The notes below the pieces were generated by a model. That model did no database searches, was not told the DNA's origin, and saw only the letters and a program-made list of their open reading frames with translations. The position numbers and the translations under genes are program-made. DNA of 64,000 bases from an uncultured Desulfarculus sp. (GTDB lineage Bacteria; Desulfobacterota; Desulfarculia; Desulfarculales; Desulfarculaceae), in contig CAXXUK010000001.1 in assembly GCA_963665125.2 (NCBI GenBank), positions 2,016,001 to 2,080,000 on the forward strand, read 5' to 3'. Positions 1 to 10,300 of this stretch are shown here, piece after piece; the first letter of the stretch is position 1, and every line of letters starts with the position of its first letter.

Positions 1-271
1 AAACCAAAAACGTCCGGGCGATTTCCGTGTTGCGGTAGGCGCCATTCTTTTTTTGCAGCAGGTCGATGGTGGTCAGGGCGTCCAGGAGCCGCCTGGTGTT
101 GTCCTGGTTCAGCCCCAGGGCATGGGCAATGTCGGCGGCCTGCCGGGGCTGGCTGAGCTGGTCAAAAAGCTTCAGTTCAATGGCGCAGTTCATCAACGCC
201 GCCTTGAGCGGTCCCAAGGCGATTTGGTGCAGGGAGCCGTAGCTTAGCTCCACCGAGGGCATGCTGTTCAT
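1..271 (-). CDS. O-methyltransferase (class I SAM MTase with N-terminal dimerisation wHTH), runs off window edge
   Basis: Manual translation from ATG at 271: MNSMPSVELSYGSLHQIALGPLKAALMNCAIELKLFDQLSQPRQAADIAHALGLNQDNTRRLLDALTTIDLLQKKNGAYRNTEIARTFL; 'AIELKLFD..L..RLLDAL...LL....Y.NT' is typical of Methyltransf_2 dimerisation domains. Not in the ORF track because it is truncated. Confidence 0.8.
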   Translation of the reverse strand, partial: MNSMPSVELSYGSLHQIALGPLKAALMNCAIELKLFDQLSQPRQAADIAHALGLNQDNTRRLLDALTTIDLLQKKNGAYRNTEIARTFLV

Positions 272-458
272 GATATTGCCTTTCAATCACGTTGCCTGAT
301 ACGCGGCGCGGGGATGCATGCGCCGGCCCGGCGCCGATAAATTAAACTTGGAGTATTTTATAAGCCTTTGCTAATTGAGGTCGAACATGGGCTGAACTAT
401 TTCTGTCATTTACTGAACATTAGGATGGATGATGACGGGGTTGGCGCGGGTGAACCGC

Positions 459-1424
459 TCAGCCGCAAAAGCGGGAGCGGCTTGCCCTGTATTGTTTCCG
501 GTAGACGCCGGGCTGGACGCCGTATTGGCCCAGAAAGGCCTTGGCGAAATGGCTGGGGCTGCTGAAACCGGCGGCAAAGGCGATCTCGGCGATGTTCAGC
601 TCGGCCTCGTCGAGCATCTGCCGGGCCTGTTCCAGGCGCTGAAGCCTCAGGTACCCGAACACCGTGGTGCCCCACAGATCCCGGAACCCCTTGTTGAGCT
701 TGGTGTGAGTCAGGCCCACGTTGTCGGCCAATTGGAACAGCGACGGCGGGCTCTGCAGGTTGGCCAGAAGAATTTCCCGGGCCTTTTCCATGCACATGCG
801 CTCACGCTGGTTGAGGGGCGGTTGCGCCGACGGCACGGGCACGCCTTCCATCAGGCTGCCGAACTGCAAGGCCATCAACTCCAGGGTTTTGCTTTCATAG
901 AATATTTTGCGGGCCAGGCCGTGATAGGGACAGGTCAGGATCTGGTGGGCGGCCACGGACATGGAAGGCAGCATGGCCGCGTGCCGGAAGCAGTAGGGGA
1001 AGACACCGCTGTCCAGGGCTTGGCCCAACTCCGGCACGTCAACCCTGGGCAGACCAGCGAAATATTCCAGCAAAACATGCCGCTCGATGTGAACGGCCAC
1101 CATGCGGGCTTCAGCCTGGGCCGGTATCTCCATGGTCCCCCGGGAGTGTGGAAAGGCCGCCACCGTGTTCAGGCCCGGCCTGCTCTGGAACTTGTTTTCA
1201 CCCTGACCGTGGCTGATTGCATAACTGGCCCTGCCCGCCAGGTAAAAGGAAAATTCCAGCGGCACCTCGCCTGTCTCGAATTCGATGCGCAGGTCATCCC
1301 TGGGGTGGCAATTCACCACCACAAGCCGCAGCCCGGGTTTGACCTCGATCAGCTCTCCCTCCAAGCCGGACGGCATGTTTTGGCCGTTGACGATGTAAGG
1401 TTCACTCTCCATGCCTTGCCGCAT
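459..1424 (-). CDS. AraC family transcriptional regulator (PchR/YbtA-like)
   Basis: 321 aa; C-terminal 'PPSLFQLADNVGLTHTKLNKGFRDLWGTTVFGYLRLQRLEQARQML...NIAEIAFAAGFSSPSHFAKAF' double HTH. Confidence 0.92.
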   Translation of the reverse strand: MRQGMESEPYIVNGQNMPSGLEGELIEVKPGLRLVVVNCHPRDDLRIEFETGEVPLEFSFYLAGRASYAISHGQGENKFQSRPGLNTVAAFPHSRGTMEIPAQAEARMVAVHIERHVLLEYFAGLPRVDVPELGQALDSGVFPYCFRHAAMLPSMSVAAHQILTCPYHGLARKIFYESKTLELMALQFGSLMEGVPVPSAQPPLNQRERMCMEKAREILLANLQSPPSLFQLADNVGLTHTKLNKGFRDLWGTTVFGYLRLQRLEQARQMLDEAELNIAEIAFAAGFSSPSHFAKAFLGQYGVQPGVYRKQYRASRSRFCG

Positions 1425-1555
1425 ATGAAGCCTCGCGTTGTTGCCCGTGTCCGGTGGAAAACCGCGTCAATTCCAAAGGCGATCATATGTATAACTAATA
1501 TAATTTGAAAAGTCTAATTAATTATGAATGTAATAAAGAGAAGGAACGGTAAAAC

Positions 1556-1600
1556 AAGGCGGCCCGCCCGAACCAGACGTTGGTCCCGGCGGGCCGCCTT
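1556..1600. terminator. Intrinsic terminator (probably bidirectional) downstream of the DUF4198 gene
   Basis: Inverted repeat aaggcggcccgcc...ggcgggccgcctt flanked by A/T runs on both sides. Confidence 0.7.
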
Positions 1601-1635
1601 TTGGCGGAGCGTGTTAATTTGGCCTGAAAGACCGG

Positions 1636-2526
1636 CTATGGTTTGACCGTGAAGCCCACGGAGCCCGCAATGTAGACGTCAGTGCATTTCCCCTGCAAAT
1701 CGGCAAGCTCGGGGTTGCCGGGCACTCTTTTATGCAGATAGATGTTGGCCACCCACTGGCCTGCGGTGGGAATGCGGAATTGGGCGTTGCCGTTAATTAT
1801 ATAGCACGACAGGCGGAAGCCGTCCGGTCCCCCAAAGGTGTTGCTGTCGCAAGTCATGGTCAGAATATCCGAAGCGCTGATGCTGAGCGGCTTGCCCTTG
1901 TAGGTGACGCGGAAACGTACGAGTTCGTTTTGACGCACCTTGGACAGATCGGTCAGGGGAATGATCTCCAGGTCGTAGCCAAGCGGCTTGGGCTCGCTCC
2001 ACTGCTTGATGGCAAAAAACGCCTTGGAATAGGAGATGTATTTCATCGACGCCAGCACCTTGCCCGCGTCCTTAACGGCGTCCATGGGTTTGGGGGCCAT
2101 GCGTTGTTTACCTTTTTCATCCAGATACATGGTGAAAAAGGTCGGCTGCGACTGGGCCGTCACCTGGTAGGTGCCCGGTTTGGGCGTTCCGGCCAGGGCG
2201 ATCTTGCGCAGGCCCAGATCTCCCTTTTGCACGCTCAAAGCCATGTCAGTATCCTGTTTGGGATCCACCTTGGCAGACGGCAGGCCCAGGTCGGCGCTTT
2301 GGCCCTGGGGATCAACCAACAGATAACTTTTCAGTCTGATTACTCCGGCGTCGCTGGTCAGCAGGTCGTCCAAGGGCAGGCAATGGCCAAAGCCGAGGAT
2401 GGCGGTTACGTGGCCCGGCGGATGGGCGAACGATTCGGTAAGGTTGACCCAGAACGTATGAGCCGAGGCCGGCGCGGACCAAACAAGCATCACGGCAATA
2501 GTCAGTGTTGTCAGTATTCTCTTCAT
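1636..2526 (-). CDS. DUF4198 / NikM-like periplasmic protein (metal-uptake associated)
   Basis: Signal peptide MKRILTTL...ASA|HTFWV, 'GFGH', 'YSKAF', 'PLGYDLEIIPLTD', 'GQWV'; start moved to the ATG at 2526, which has a gggaga RBS. Confidence 0.75.
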   Translation of the reverse strand: MKRILTTLTIAVMLVWSAPASAHTFWVNLTESFAHPPGHVTAILGFGHCLPLDDLLTSDAGVIRLKSYLLVDPQGQSADLGLPSAKVDPKQDTDMALSVQKGDLGLRKIALAGTPKPGTYQVTAQSQPTFFTMYLDEKGKQRMAPKPMDAVKDAGKVLASMKYISYSKAFFAIKQWSEPKPLGYDLEIIPLTDLSKVRQNELVRFRVTYKGKPLSISASDILTMTCDSNTFGGPDGFRLSCYIINGNAQFRIPTAGQWVANIYLHKRVPGNPELADLQGKCTDVYIAGSVGFTVKP

Positions 2527-2545
2527 TTTATCTCCCTGTCTGTTG

Positions 2546-2866
2546 TCACCTGGGCCCGTCTTCGGTAGCCACATGGCCCGGGCCGCCGTCAAGAATGATG
2601 CAATAGGCCGTCTTTGGTTTTTCAAAGGTGAACTCGCCCGATTCATCGGTAACGCCCTGCAAAAGTATGTTGCCCTTGCTGTCCTCCAGCCGTACTTTGG
2701 TGGCGCCGGCCACGGCGCCGGTGGAGTACATTCCCTCTATGGTCACCGTGCCGTCGTCGTTATCCAGCACAGACATGAATAAGGTGTGGGCATGGGCCGC
2801 AGTGGCCAGTCCCAACATGAAAACCAGGATCAGGGCGGTGAGGGTGAGTTGTCGATGCAATTTCAT
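2546..2866 (-). CDS. Small exported protein, NikL/CbiL-like
   Basis: MKLHRQL... signal peptide, AHA|HTLF, 'EGMYSTG', 'G.TDESGEFTFEKP', 'GGPGH'; operonic with the DUF4198 gene. Confidence 0.6.
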   Translation of the reverse strand: MKLHRQLTLTALILVFMLGLATAAHAHTLFMSVLDNDDGTVTIEGMYSTGAVAGATKVRLEDSKGNILLQGVTDESGEFTFEKPKTAYCIILDGGPGHVATEDGPR

Positions 2867-2882
2867 CCGCGGAGCCGCTCCT

Positions 2883-3569
2883 TTAATAAACAAACGGCAG
2901 CAGCCGCTTGGTGCGAAGGGAATAAGCATTCCACTGCTGTTGAAAATGAGCCGCCAGCAGGCGCTCTTCGTCTTTGATCCGCCAAAGGAACAAGCCCGTA
3001 TAGACAATGGCCACAAGCAGGCCGGGCGTCGATGCAAAGACGAGGGCCATGCCGATGGCCCAGTACACGCAGCCGGCATAGCGCGGGTGGCGCATGACGG
3101 CAAAGGGGCCACTGGTGATCAGCTCATGGTCTTCCTGGATGGTCACATGAACGCTGAACTGTTTGCCCAAATAGACCGGAGCCCAGACCATCAGCCAGAA
3201 GCCCACGGCATAGATGGCCATGCCCGCCCAACGTAAATAGGCTCCGCCGGGCAGATAGCCGTAGCCGGCGGCATCGCTCCAGGGGCTGACCAGGCTCAGG
3301 ACAACGCTGGTCAAGGTCGCAAACAGGATCATCCGATCCTGGCCCCTGTTATGTTTTTGGCCTTTTGAAACCTTGTTCTGAATCTTGGCCGCAACGAATG
3401 GAGCGATAAAAAAACCGGCCATGGAAAACAGCACAAAACATAATCTGACCGGCTTATCAATGAATGTTGAAAAGTCGCCGCCTCCCAGCAGCCAGCCCAC
3501 CCCGGTGATCACCAGAGGTATAAGGCTCAGCGCCAGGGCCGTAAATAATTTTTTAAGAGTCGTCAACAT
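2883..3569 (-). CDS. Isoprenylcysteine carboxyl methyltransferase (ICMT/PEMT) family membrane protein
   Basis: Multiple TM segments, then 'LGKQFS...HELITSGPFAVMRHPRYAG...RIKDEERLL..HF..W.AY'. Confidence 0.88.
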   Translation of the reverse strand: MLTTLKKLFTALALSLIPLVITGVGWLLGGGDFSTFIDKPVRLCFVLFSMAGFFIAPFVAAKIQNKVSKGQKHNRGQDRMILFATLTSVVLSLVSPWSDAAGYGYLPGGAYLRWAGMAIYAVGFWLMVWAPVYLGKQFSVHVTIQEDHELITSGPFAVMRHPRYAGCVYWAIGMALVFASTPGLLVAIVYTGLFLWRIKDEERLLAAHFQQQWNAYSLRTKRLLPFVY

Positions 3570-3722
3570 AAGAATACTCCAATTTTTTTTGACTTATCAA
3601 ATAGTGACCCAAGGAGTGGTTTGCGTCTACTCCGTGCCGGATTTTATTTGCTCAAATATACGAGTCCGAAAACGCCCAAGCCGGGAATAAGGCGTATAAA
3701 ATAAGGCCACACGCCATTAATT

Positions 3723-3754
3723 ACTCCCTCCAGTGACAGTTTGACTCCCTCCAG
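3723..3754. repeat. Direct repeat ACTCCCTCCAG x2 with 21-bp period, in the divergent promoter region
   Basis: Copies at 3723-3733 and 3744-3754; each is followed by similar tgacagtttg / cgtcagatttg. Confidence 0.75.
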
Positions 3755-3892
3755 CGTCAGATTTGTGACCGCGCCTGCGCTATTATCAACCTCCAATTTG
3801 ACAATATGAAAAAAGTTAAACAACACAAATTTTCAACAACGCAAACATGCGCCGTACATTGAACGGCACGCTGCGGGAAAGGGGAAAGACAA

Positions 3893-5962
3893 ATGGCCCG
3901 GCTTGGAATTGCCTTCTTGGCATTGATCGTGTGGCTGGGGGTTATCATGGCGGGACCGGCATTGGCCGCTTCGACTGAGGAGAACGACGGCGGTTCTTCT
4001 CATGTCGGCTTGGGTGAGATGGTGGTCACCGCGGAAAAAATGGATCAAAGGGAGCAGGACGTGCCCGCCTCCCTCAGCGTCTTCAGCGGGGCGGAATTGC
4101 AAGACCTGCAAGTGGAAACCACGGCCGAAATGCTTGGCAGAATCCCGAACCTGTATCTGAATATCATCGGGCCCAGAGGCGGCTTCGGCATGCCCATGAG
4201 CCTGCGGGGCATCGCCTCCTTCATGAGCGGGGATCCGGTTCTGAGTATTCTGGTGGACGGGGTCTATACTCCAACCATGGACTTCACCCTGCTGGATGTC
4301 GAGCGGGTGGAGGTTCTGCGCGGCCCCCAGGGCACCTTGTACGGCTGCAACACCGAGGCCGGCGTGGTCAACATCATCACCAAACGTCCCACCGAACAAT
4401 GGAGCGGCGACCTGGGCCTGAGCTACGCCAACTACAACACCTATGGGGTGGATTTTGCCGTGGGAGGTGCGGTGGCGCCTGAAAAACTATTCTTAAGGGC
4501 CGCCGGGCGCTACGGCAAATCAGACGGATTTTTCACCAACTTGGCTGACGGGTCCGACGATGTGGACAAGCATGAGGACTTTGACGGCCGCCTCAGCCTC
4601 AATTGGCGCGCCACCAAGGAACTGAATTTGACCCTGACCGGCGATTTTCAGCACTATGACAGCAACTACGCCGAATTCGCCTTGCTGGACCAGGTGATGG
4701 ACGGCTCCCATGACGTGGATGTCGACTACCCCGGCGATGCCAAAAAACGGGCGGCCGGCACGGCCCTGAACGTGGAGTGGCAAATTGGCCAAGTGCGCAT
4801 GGTGTCGATAACCTCGTTCCGGGATGACGACTACAGCAGCAGCCAAGACATCGATTTCACGCCCTATGACATCATGCGCCTTGACCTGTCCAGGGACTAT
4901 CAATCAACGAACCAGGAGCTGCGTTTTGTCAGCGACGACCCCAAAGCCAAATTTAAATGGGTCGCCGGAGTTTACGCCTATGTGGAGGACAACAACCTGG
5001 ACTACACCACCCAGATGCGGCCCATGTCCGGCTCCACGGCCCACCTGCGCCAAAAGGGCGACACCCACACCAGGGGCACGGCCCTGTTCGGGCAGGCCAC
5101 CTACACCCTATTGGGCATATTGGACCTGACCGCGGGCCTGCGCTACGACAACCAGAACAAGGACTTTGACTACTCCTGGAGCGGCGGGGCCTGGGGCGTT
5201 CCGGACGAAAGCGGCTCCACTGACAACGATTTCAGCGCCTGGCTGCCCAAGTTCGCCGTGGCTCTACGCCTTGACGAGCGTTTCACGCCTTATGTCAGTG
5301 TGTCGCGGGGCTACAAGAGCGGCGGCTTCAACCTGAAGTCCTCGGCCGGTAAAAGTTATGATTCCGAATTCGCCTGGAATTATGAAGTAGGCGTGAAGAG
5401 CCTTTGGTTTGAGGACAGACTATCCATCAACCTGGCCGCTTTTTACATCGACTGGAGCGAACTCCAGGTGGAGCAGCCGGATTACCCGGATTTCACCGTG
5501 GTCAACGCGGCTTCGGCTACGTGCCGGGGTGCGGAGTTGGAGATCAGCGCCCTGTTGCTGCCGGGGCTTCGCGTGGGCGGCAGCGTCGGTTTCGTGGACG
5601 CCACCTTTGACGACTTTGTTTTCGGTTCGGAAAACTATGCCGGCAACAACGTGCCCACCGTGCCGGAATGCACCTATCGCCTGGCCCTGGACTACCGCTT
5701 TGGCGGGCATTATATGCTGAGCGCGGAATACCTTGGCGTCGGAAATATCAATTGGGATGCGGCCAACAGCCACTCCCAGTCCGGCTATGAGGTTGTAAAC
5801 GCCAAAGCCGGCTATGAAACCGGGCGCCTTGGCTTGTATCTGTGGGCAAAAAACCTGTTTGACGAAAGCTACGCCACAAGGGCCTTTGAAATGAGCGGCC
5901 AGTGGTACGGCCGGGCCGCCGATCCGTTATGCTTCGGCGTAACAGCGAAAATTAGCTTTTAA
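3893..5962 (+). CDS. TonB-dependent outer-membrane receptor (FyuA/pesticin receptor-like)
   Basis: Signal peptide, TonB box 'EMVVTAEK', plug 'VERVEVLRGPQGTLYG.N..AGVVNIIT', 'SRGYKSGGFN', 'KNLFD', C-terminal Phe. Confidence 0.95.
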   Translation: MARLGIAFLALIVWLGVIMAGPALAASTEENDGGSSHVGLGEMVVTAEKMDQREQDVPASLSVFSGAELQDLQVETTAEMLGRIPNLYLNIIGPRGGFGMPMSLRGIASFMSGDPVLSILVDGVYTPTMDFTLLDVERVEVLRGPQGTLYGCNTEAGVVNIITKRPTEQWSGDLGLSYANYNTYGVDFAVGGAVAPEKLFLRAAGRYGKSDGFFTNLADGSDDVDKHEDFDGRLSLNWRATKELNLTLTGDFQHYDSNYAEFALLDQVMDGSHDVDVDYPGDAKKRAAGTALNVEWQIGQVRMVSITSFRDDDYSSSQDIDFTPYDIMRLDLSRDYQSTNQELRFVSDDPKAKFKWVAGVYAYVEDNNLDYTTQMRPMSGSTAHLRQKGDTHTRGTALFGQATYTLLGILDLTAGLRYDNQNKDFDYSWSGGAWGVPDESGSTDNDFSAWLPKFAVALRLDERFTPYVSVSRGYKSGGFNLKSSAGKSYDSEFAWNYEVGVKSLWFEDRLSINLAAFYIDWSELQVEQPDYPDFTVVNAASATCRGAELEISALLLPGLRVGGSVGFVDATFDDFVFGSENYAGNNVPTVPECTYRLALDYRFGGHYMLSAEYLGVGNINWDAANSHSQSGYEVVNAKAGYETGRLGLYLWAKNLFDESYATRAFEMSGQWYGRAADPLCFGVTAKISF

Positions 5963-7053
5963 CGAACCTGTTCGGCGTTGCCGCCCGTAAAGCGGCGCAG
6001 GGCGCTTTGGCGCACTCCCCCCGGAGTGATGCCAAAGCGTTTTTTAAAGGCCCCGCAAAAGTGACCTTGGTTGGAATAACCCACAGCCAGGCATGCCTCG
6101 CACACGTTCATGCGGCCATCCTCCAAATGGCGCTTTGCTTGGTCCAGCCTGGCCCCCCGCAAAAAGTCAAAGGGGGTCAAACCGAAAACCTGGCGGAAAC
6201 CCCGTTTGAGCTTGAATTCATTTACCCCGGCCAGCCTGGCCAAACGGCTCAGGCTGGGAGGATCGCTCATGTTTCGCAGCAGGATCTCGCTGGCTAGGTG
6301 GATATTGCATTCATCTTCATGGGAAAGGGGAATGGCTTTGCAGAAGTTTTCCGTCTTAAGGCCGTGGAACTGGGCCAATATTTGGATACACAACTCCAGG
6401 GCCTTGCATTGCAGCAATAGCTCCAGCCTAGGGCCTTGGTTGATGATCTGGTCCAGCCCCCGGGCTGCCATCATGATGGCCGATGTGGCTGGCGCACCCA
6501 TGAAAAACGGCTCATCGGCCTGGGGCAGGTTGCCGCGCCCTGCCGCGCCGGAGAGTTGACGGCTCAGTTGTTCGTATTTCGCGACGCTCAGGCGCAGGCC
6601 CATAAGGCGGCATGGGCCCTTCATGGCCCGCCACCGGCCGTGGGCCAGTGGCAGAAACGAAGCCGTGCAGTTTGCCGGTGTCTGGATGACGCTATTGATC
6701 GCGGCGCGCTCCAATTCCACTTGGGTGCAGGATTGGCCCTGGAGGCAATAGGACAGGTTCACATGTTCGCCAGTGATCTCAAAGTCATAATCAGCGGTCT
6801 CGGGCAGATGAAAAAGGGCTGTATGCAGGCTGAGACCATCCAGGATCCTCAAGTGCATAACCTGGGGGGGCGTGTCCGGACCTGGCCTGGCGCCGATGCT
6901 CCTGGCGGTTGACTCCAGGCAGCCGAGTTCGCATTCCCTGAAGCACAGGCAGAGGCGTCCCTGAGGATCGATGAGCGAAAAATAACCGGCTGCATCGCGC
7001 GTGGGGCCGCCACTTGCGGTGGTGGGTTGCCGTGCGCCCTTTGGCAAAGGCAC
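5959..7053 (-). CDS. AraC family transcriptional regulator
   Basis: 'PPSLSRLARLAGVNEFKLKRGFRQVFGLTPFDFLR..RLDQAKRHL...NVCEACLAVGYSNQGHF..AFKKRFGITP'; GTG start is uncertain. Confidence 0.9.
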   Translation of the reverse strand: MPLPKGARQPTTASGGPTRDAAGYFSLIDPQGRLCLCFRECELGCLESTARSIGARPGPDTPPQVMHLRILDGLSLHTALFHLPETADYDFEITGEHVNLSYCLQGQSCTQVELERAAINSVIQTPANCTASFLPLAHGRWRAMKGPCRLMGLRLSVAKYEQLSRQLSGAAGRGNLPQADEPFFMGAPATSAIMMAARGLDQIINQGPRLELLLQCKALELCIQILAQFHGLKTENFCKAIPLSHEDECNIHLASEILLRNMSDPPSLSRLARLAGVNEFKLKRGFRQVFGLTPFDFLRGARLDQAKRHLEDGRMNVCEACLAVGYSNQGHFCGAFKKRFGITPGGVRQSALRRFTGGNAEQVR

Positions 7054-7363
7054 TGTCCGTCCCTTTCATATTGATCAACATATCAATAAAATTTATATTG
7101 TCTAATTTTTTTTTACATTACAAATAATATATTGTCAATCAAAACAAGCTTGATCGATTGGCCATATATACGGGGCGGGATCAAACAATTGCCAGGCGCT
7201 TTCATCGGCAGCGGGAAACAGCTCCATGCATGCGGGCATGTGGTCCAATTCCAATACCGCCTTTAATACAGTTTGCCGCTATTTGACTAAATCTTTGAAA
7301 GTGGAAGAAATGAATACTTGATACCGCTTTTCAACAGCCATTGACGCCCCCCTTAATGTCGGC

Positions 7364-10300
7364 CTACTTCAACCCCCTGGCCCTCAGATCAAACCTGTGG
7401 GCGATCAGCACAAAGAAATCCTTGCCCAACCACCGCCGCCTGCCCTTGAGCTGGCTCTTTACCTCGCCCCAATATTTGTCAAACTCGTCCAGGCTGTTGA
7501 TATCCCGCAGGCGCGAGGCCACCTCGTCGAGCATGCTGCTGCGCAGGCGCTCGACATTGAACTCGAACAAGTCCCGCAGGCTCTGCTGACGATCCCGGCT
7601 CAGGGGCAGTTCCAGGCCCCTTTCCCTGGCCTTTTCATAGATCCGCACCAGGTTTTCCAGGTCGGTCTCGGAGGCCATCTCTTCCCGCACCTTTTCCAGC
7701 ATGTCGTGGCCCAAACGGCTCAGGGCCCCTTCAAAGGCGTCTTCCAGGCGCTGGGCATAATCCAAGTTGCCGTGGCTGGTCAGGCGCAGGGTGCGCAGTT
7801 CGTCGTGATACATCTGCTTGAGGGTCTCGGAATCCCGAGCCAGGCGCAGGGCCTCGACCATGCGTTCGATGCCCGCGGCCTCGGACAGGTGGATGTTGGC
7901 CACCCTGGACATCAGGTCAAGCTCCAGGCGGATGATCCCGGCCTGCTCCAGGCCCGAATCAAGGTCGATGTCCGGCCCTTCGAAGGCTGCGGGGTCCATG
8001 GCCGAAAAAACCTCGTTGACCATCTCGAAACGACGGCCCATGACCCGGGCCAATGGGATGAAGCTCACCGTCACCGGGCCGGGGCTGGCCTGCTGCAACC
8101 GCCGTCCGGCGGCCAAGCCCAACAGAAGCAGCCGGATCTGGTTGGTATAGGTCAGCCGTTCGGCGGCCCAGCGGAACCCCACCAGGCGCATGGGCAGCTC
8201 CGGGTCGGCTATGCCGCCCAGCAGGATGTCGCCGATCTGTTGGGGCAAGGAGCGCAGGCCCCGGAAAAGGCGCAGGCCTTCGTAGAGATCGCGCTCAAAA
8301 TGGGTGGGCCCCAGGGAGCGCAGGCCCTTGAGTCGGTATATATAGGCCACGGGCACCTGATGCCGCAGCATCTGCAAGTCCAGGGCGTCAATGAGTTGCA
8401 GCCCGCGAAGTTTGAGCAAACGGTCCAATCCGGCCAGGCGGCGGCCCCGCTTGATCCACTTTTCCCGGCCTTCTTCAGGCACCTTGCTGGTTTCCAGAAG
8501 CTGGCGCAGGCTGGCCGTGGGCACGGCTTGGTTTTGAACCTCGCGGTAATACTCAAAAGCCACGAGTTGCTTGGTAAAGTCCTCGATCTGATCCAGGTGC
8601 GCCTGCTTGGCGCTGACACCCTTTTTGCCCAGATTGTGCACCAGATCATGAAGCTTGTTGAAACTGTGCATCAGGTCTTCGGTGAGCAGCCCTTCCCTGA
8701 TGCTGGCGGTGCGCACTACGGACAAAAGGAACAAGGCCTCGACCAGTAGGGGGTCGTCACGCTTGAGCACCTGATCCAGGGCGCTTATGCAGGCCTCGCC
8801 CATGATTGTCTGCCGGGGCACGTCAAGGTTGTCCAACAGAAACAGCAGGTCTTCGAAGGCCTGGGAGTTAAGCCCGACCCGTCCGGCCAGATCGCGCAAT
8901 TTTCGCGAATACCACTGCACGCCCAATTGGGCCTGGCGGAACATCAACACCGACAGCATCAACAGGCCGCTGAAATCAGGACGTTTTTCGACTATCTGCT
9001 TCATGGCCGCGGCCATTGCCTGAAACTGGGTCCGGCTTACGCCGATGACGCCGGCAGTTGCCGGACCGTACTCCTGACGTGCGAGTTCATGGCTGAGCTC
9101 CATATCCTGGAACCCTCCCAGGTCGCGGTGGTAAACGGCGCTGAGTTTCTGGGTGGCGCGCAAGCGGCCCGCGCCCATGGGGTCCTCCCCTCTGGTCGGC
9201 AGCAGGCGGCTGACCAGTTTGGGGCAGAAGTTGCTGAGCCTAGTAAAGTTGTCGGCAAACTGCTCAAGGTCGAAAAGCTGTTCCAGGCAGTAGTCTTCCA
9301 GCCTGCGCTGGGCCATTTCAAAACGTTTGCCCAAGGCTGTCAGAGACTTTGTCGGGTGCTGTTGGGCGTCCAGGAACCGGGCGGTGGCGTCGGCCCGCGC
9401 CTCCAGTTCGGCCAGGGTCTGGTCGGGCAGTTCGTTCAACGGCAGCGCCGCCGATTCTTTGAGCATTTGCTCCAAGGCTTCAAGCTCTTCGGTGACGTCG
9501 ACATACAGCGGCATCAGAGCGCCGCTGTTGCGCTCGAGCCGCAGATACAGGCCGGAGTTGCCGATATAGGCCTCGCCCTTTTCAGCCATCTCCCCCACCA
9601 GGCGGTGCAGATATTCGGGTGACAAGTCCTTGATATCCAGCCCTAGAAGGGCCTGCCTGATTTTATCAAGTCTTTCATCCAAGGCCTTTGCCGTGGAAGA
9701 CTTGAGCAGGGGGTTGAAGTTCAGCAGGCGTCTTTGGCTCACACCCACGCATATCCACAATAGGGTGAAACCGGCCGCCGTACCCAATCGGGGCAGGAGC
9801 CTGCCCGTGCCATGCAACTCGCTGTTTAAAAGCGCCCGGAAGAAATACGGCCGGGCCGTTGAATCGGCCGCATAATGTTTGCCCACGAAAAGCGCCACCC
9901 GGTTCAAAAGCTGTACCGCCGAGTCTATTTGCTGGAGTTTTTCCGGATTGAAGTCTGCCAGCACCTCCTTGAGCCTTGGTCCGGCCTTTTCCAGTTGTGG
10001 CCAGTCCTCCAAAAACTCAAACAGGTTGAAGATCTTCAGCATCTTGCGCGTGGCTTTGGCCTGGACGCCGCCAGCCCTGGTAATCTGGGTGTCCAGGACC
10101 ATATCCCAGTCCAACTCCGGGTTGGTGACAACGCGCACGGCCTGGTCGTAGAGGTTGAACAATTCGGCGACTTGCTGGTTGCTCAGGCCGTTTTTATTGG
10201 CCGCGACCGACTCGGCCACGGACATCAGACGGTAAAGCCTCAGTATGTCGATGGCCTCGTCGAGGTTTTGATAGCGGCTCAGATCGGTCAGGGGGCGCAT

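Noticed and set aside
429..1508. Long antisense ORFs (e.g. 429-1508, 7397-8749, 12493-13722, 31619-32875, 39511-40815, 43753-45279)
   Set aside because: Each mirrors a well-supported gene on the opposite strand and has no recognisable motifs; this is expected shadow-ORF behaviour in GC-rich DNA
7075..7140. AT-rich palindrome (CAATA-N7-TATTG) and GACAATAT shared with 3800-3807 as a Fur/NikR box
   Set aside because: Low-complexity AT-rich context and overlap with likely -35 TTGACA elements; cannot be assigned to a regulator by eye
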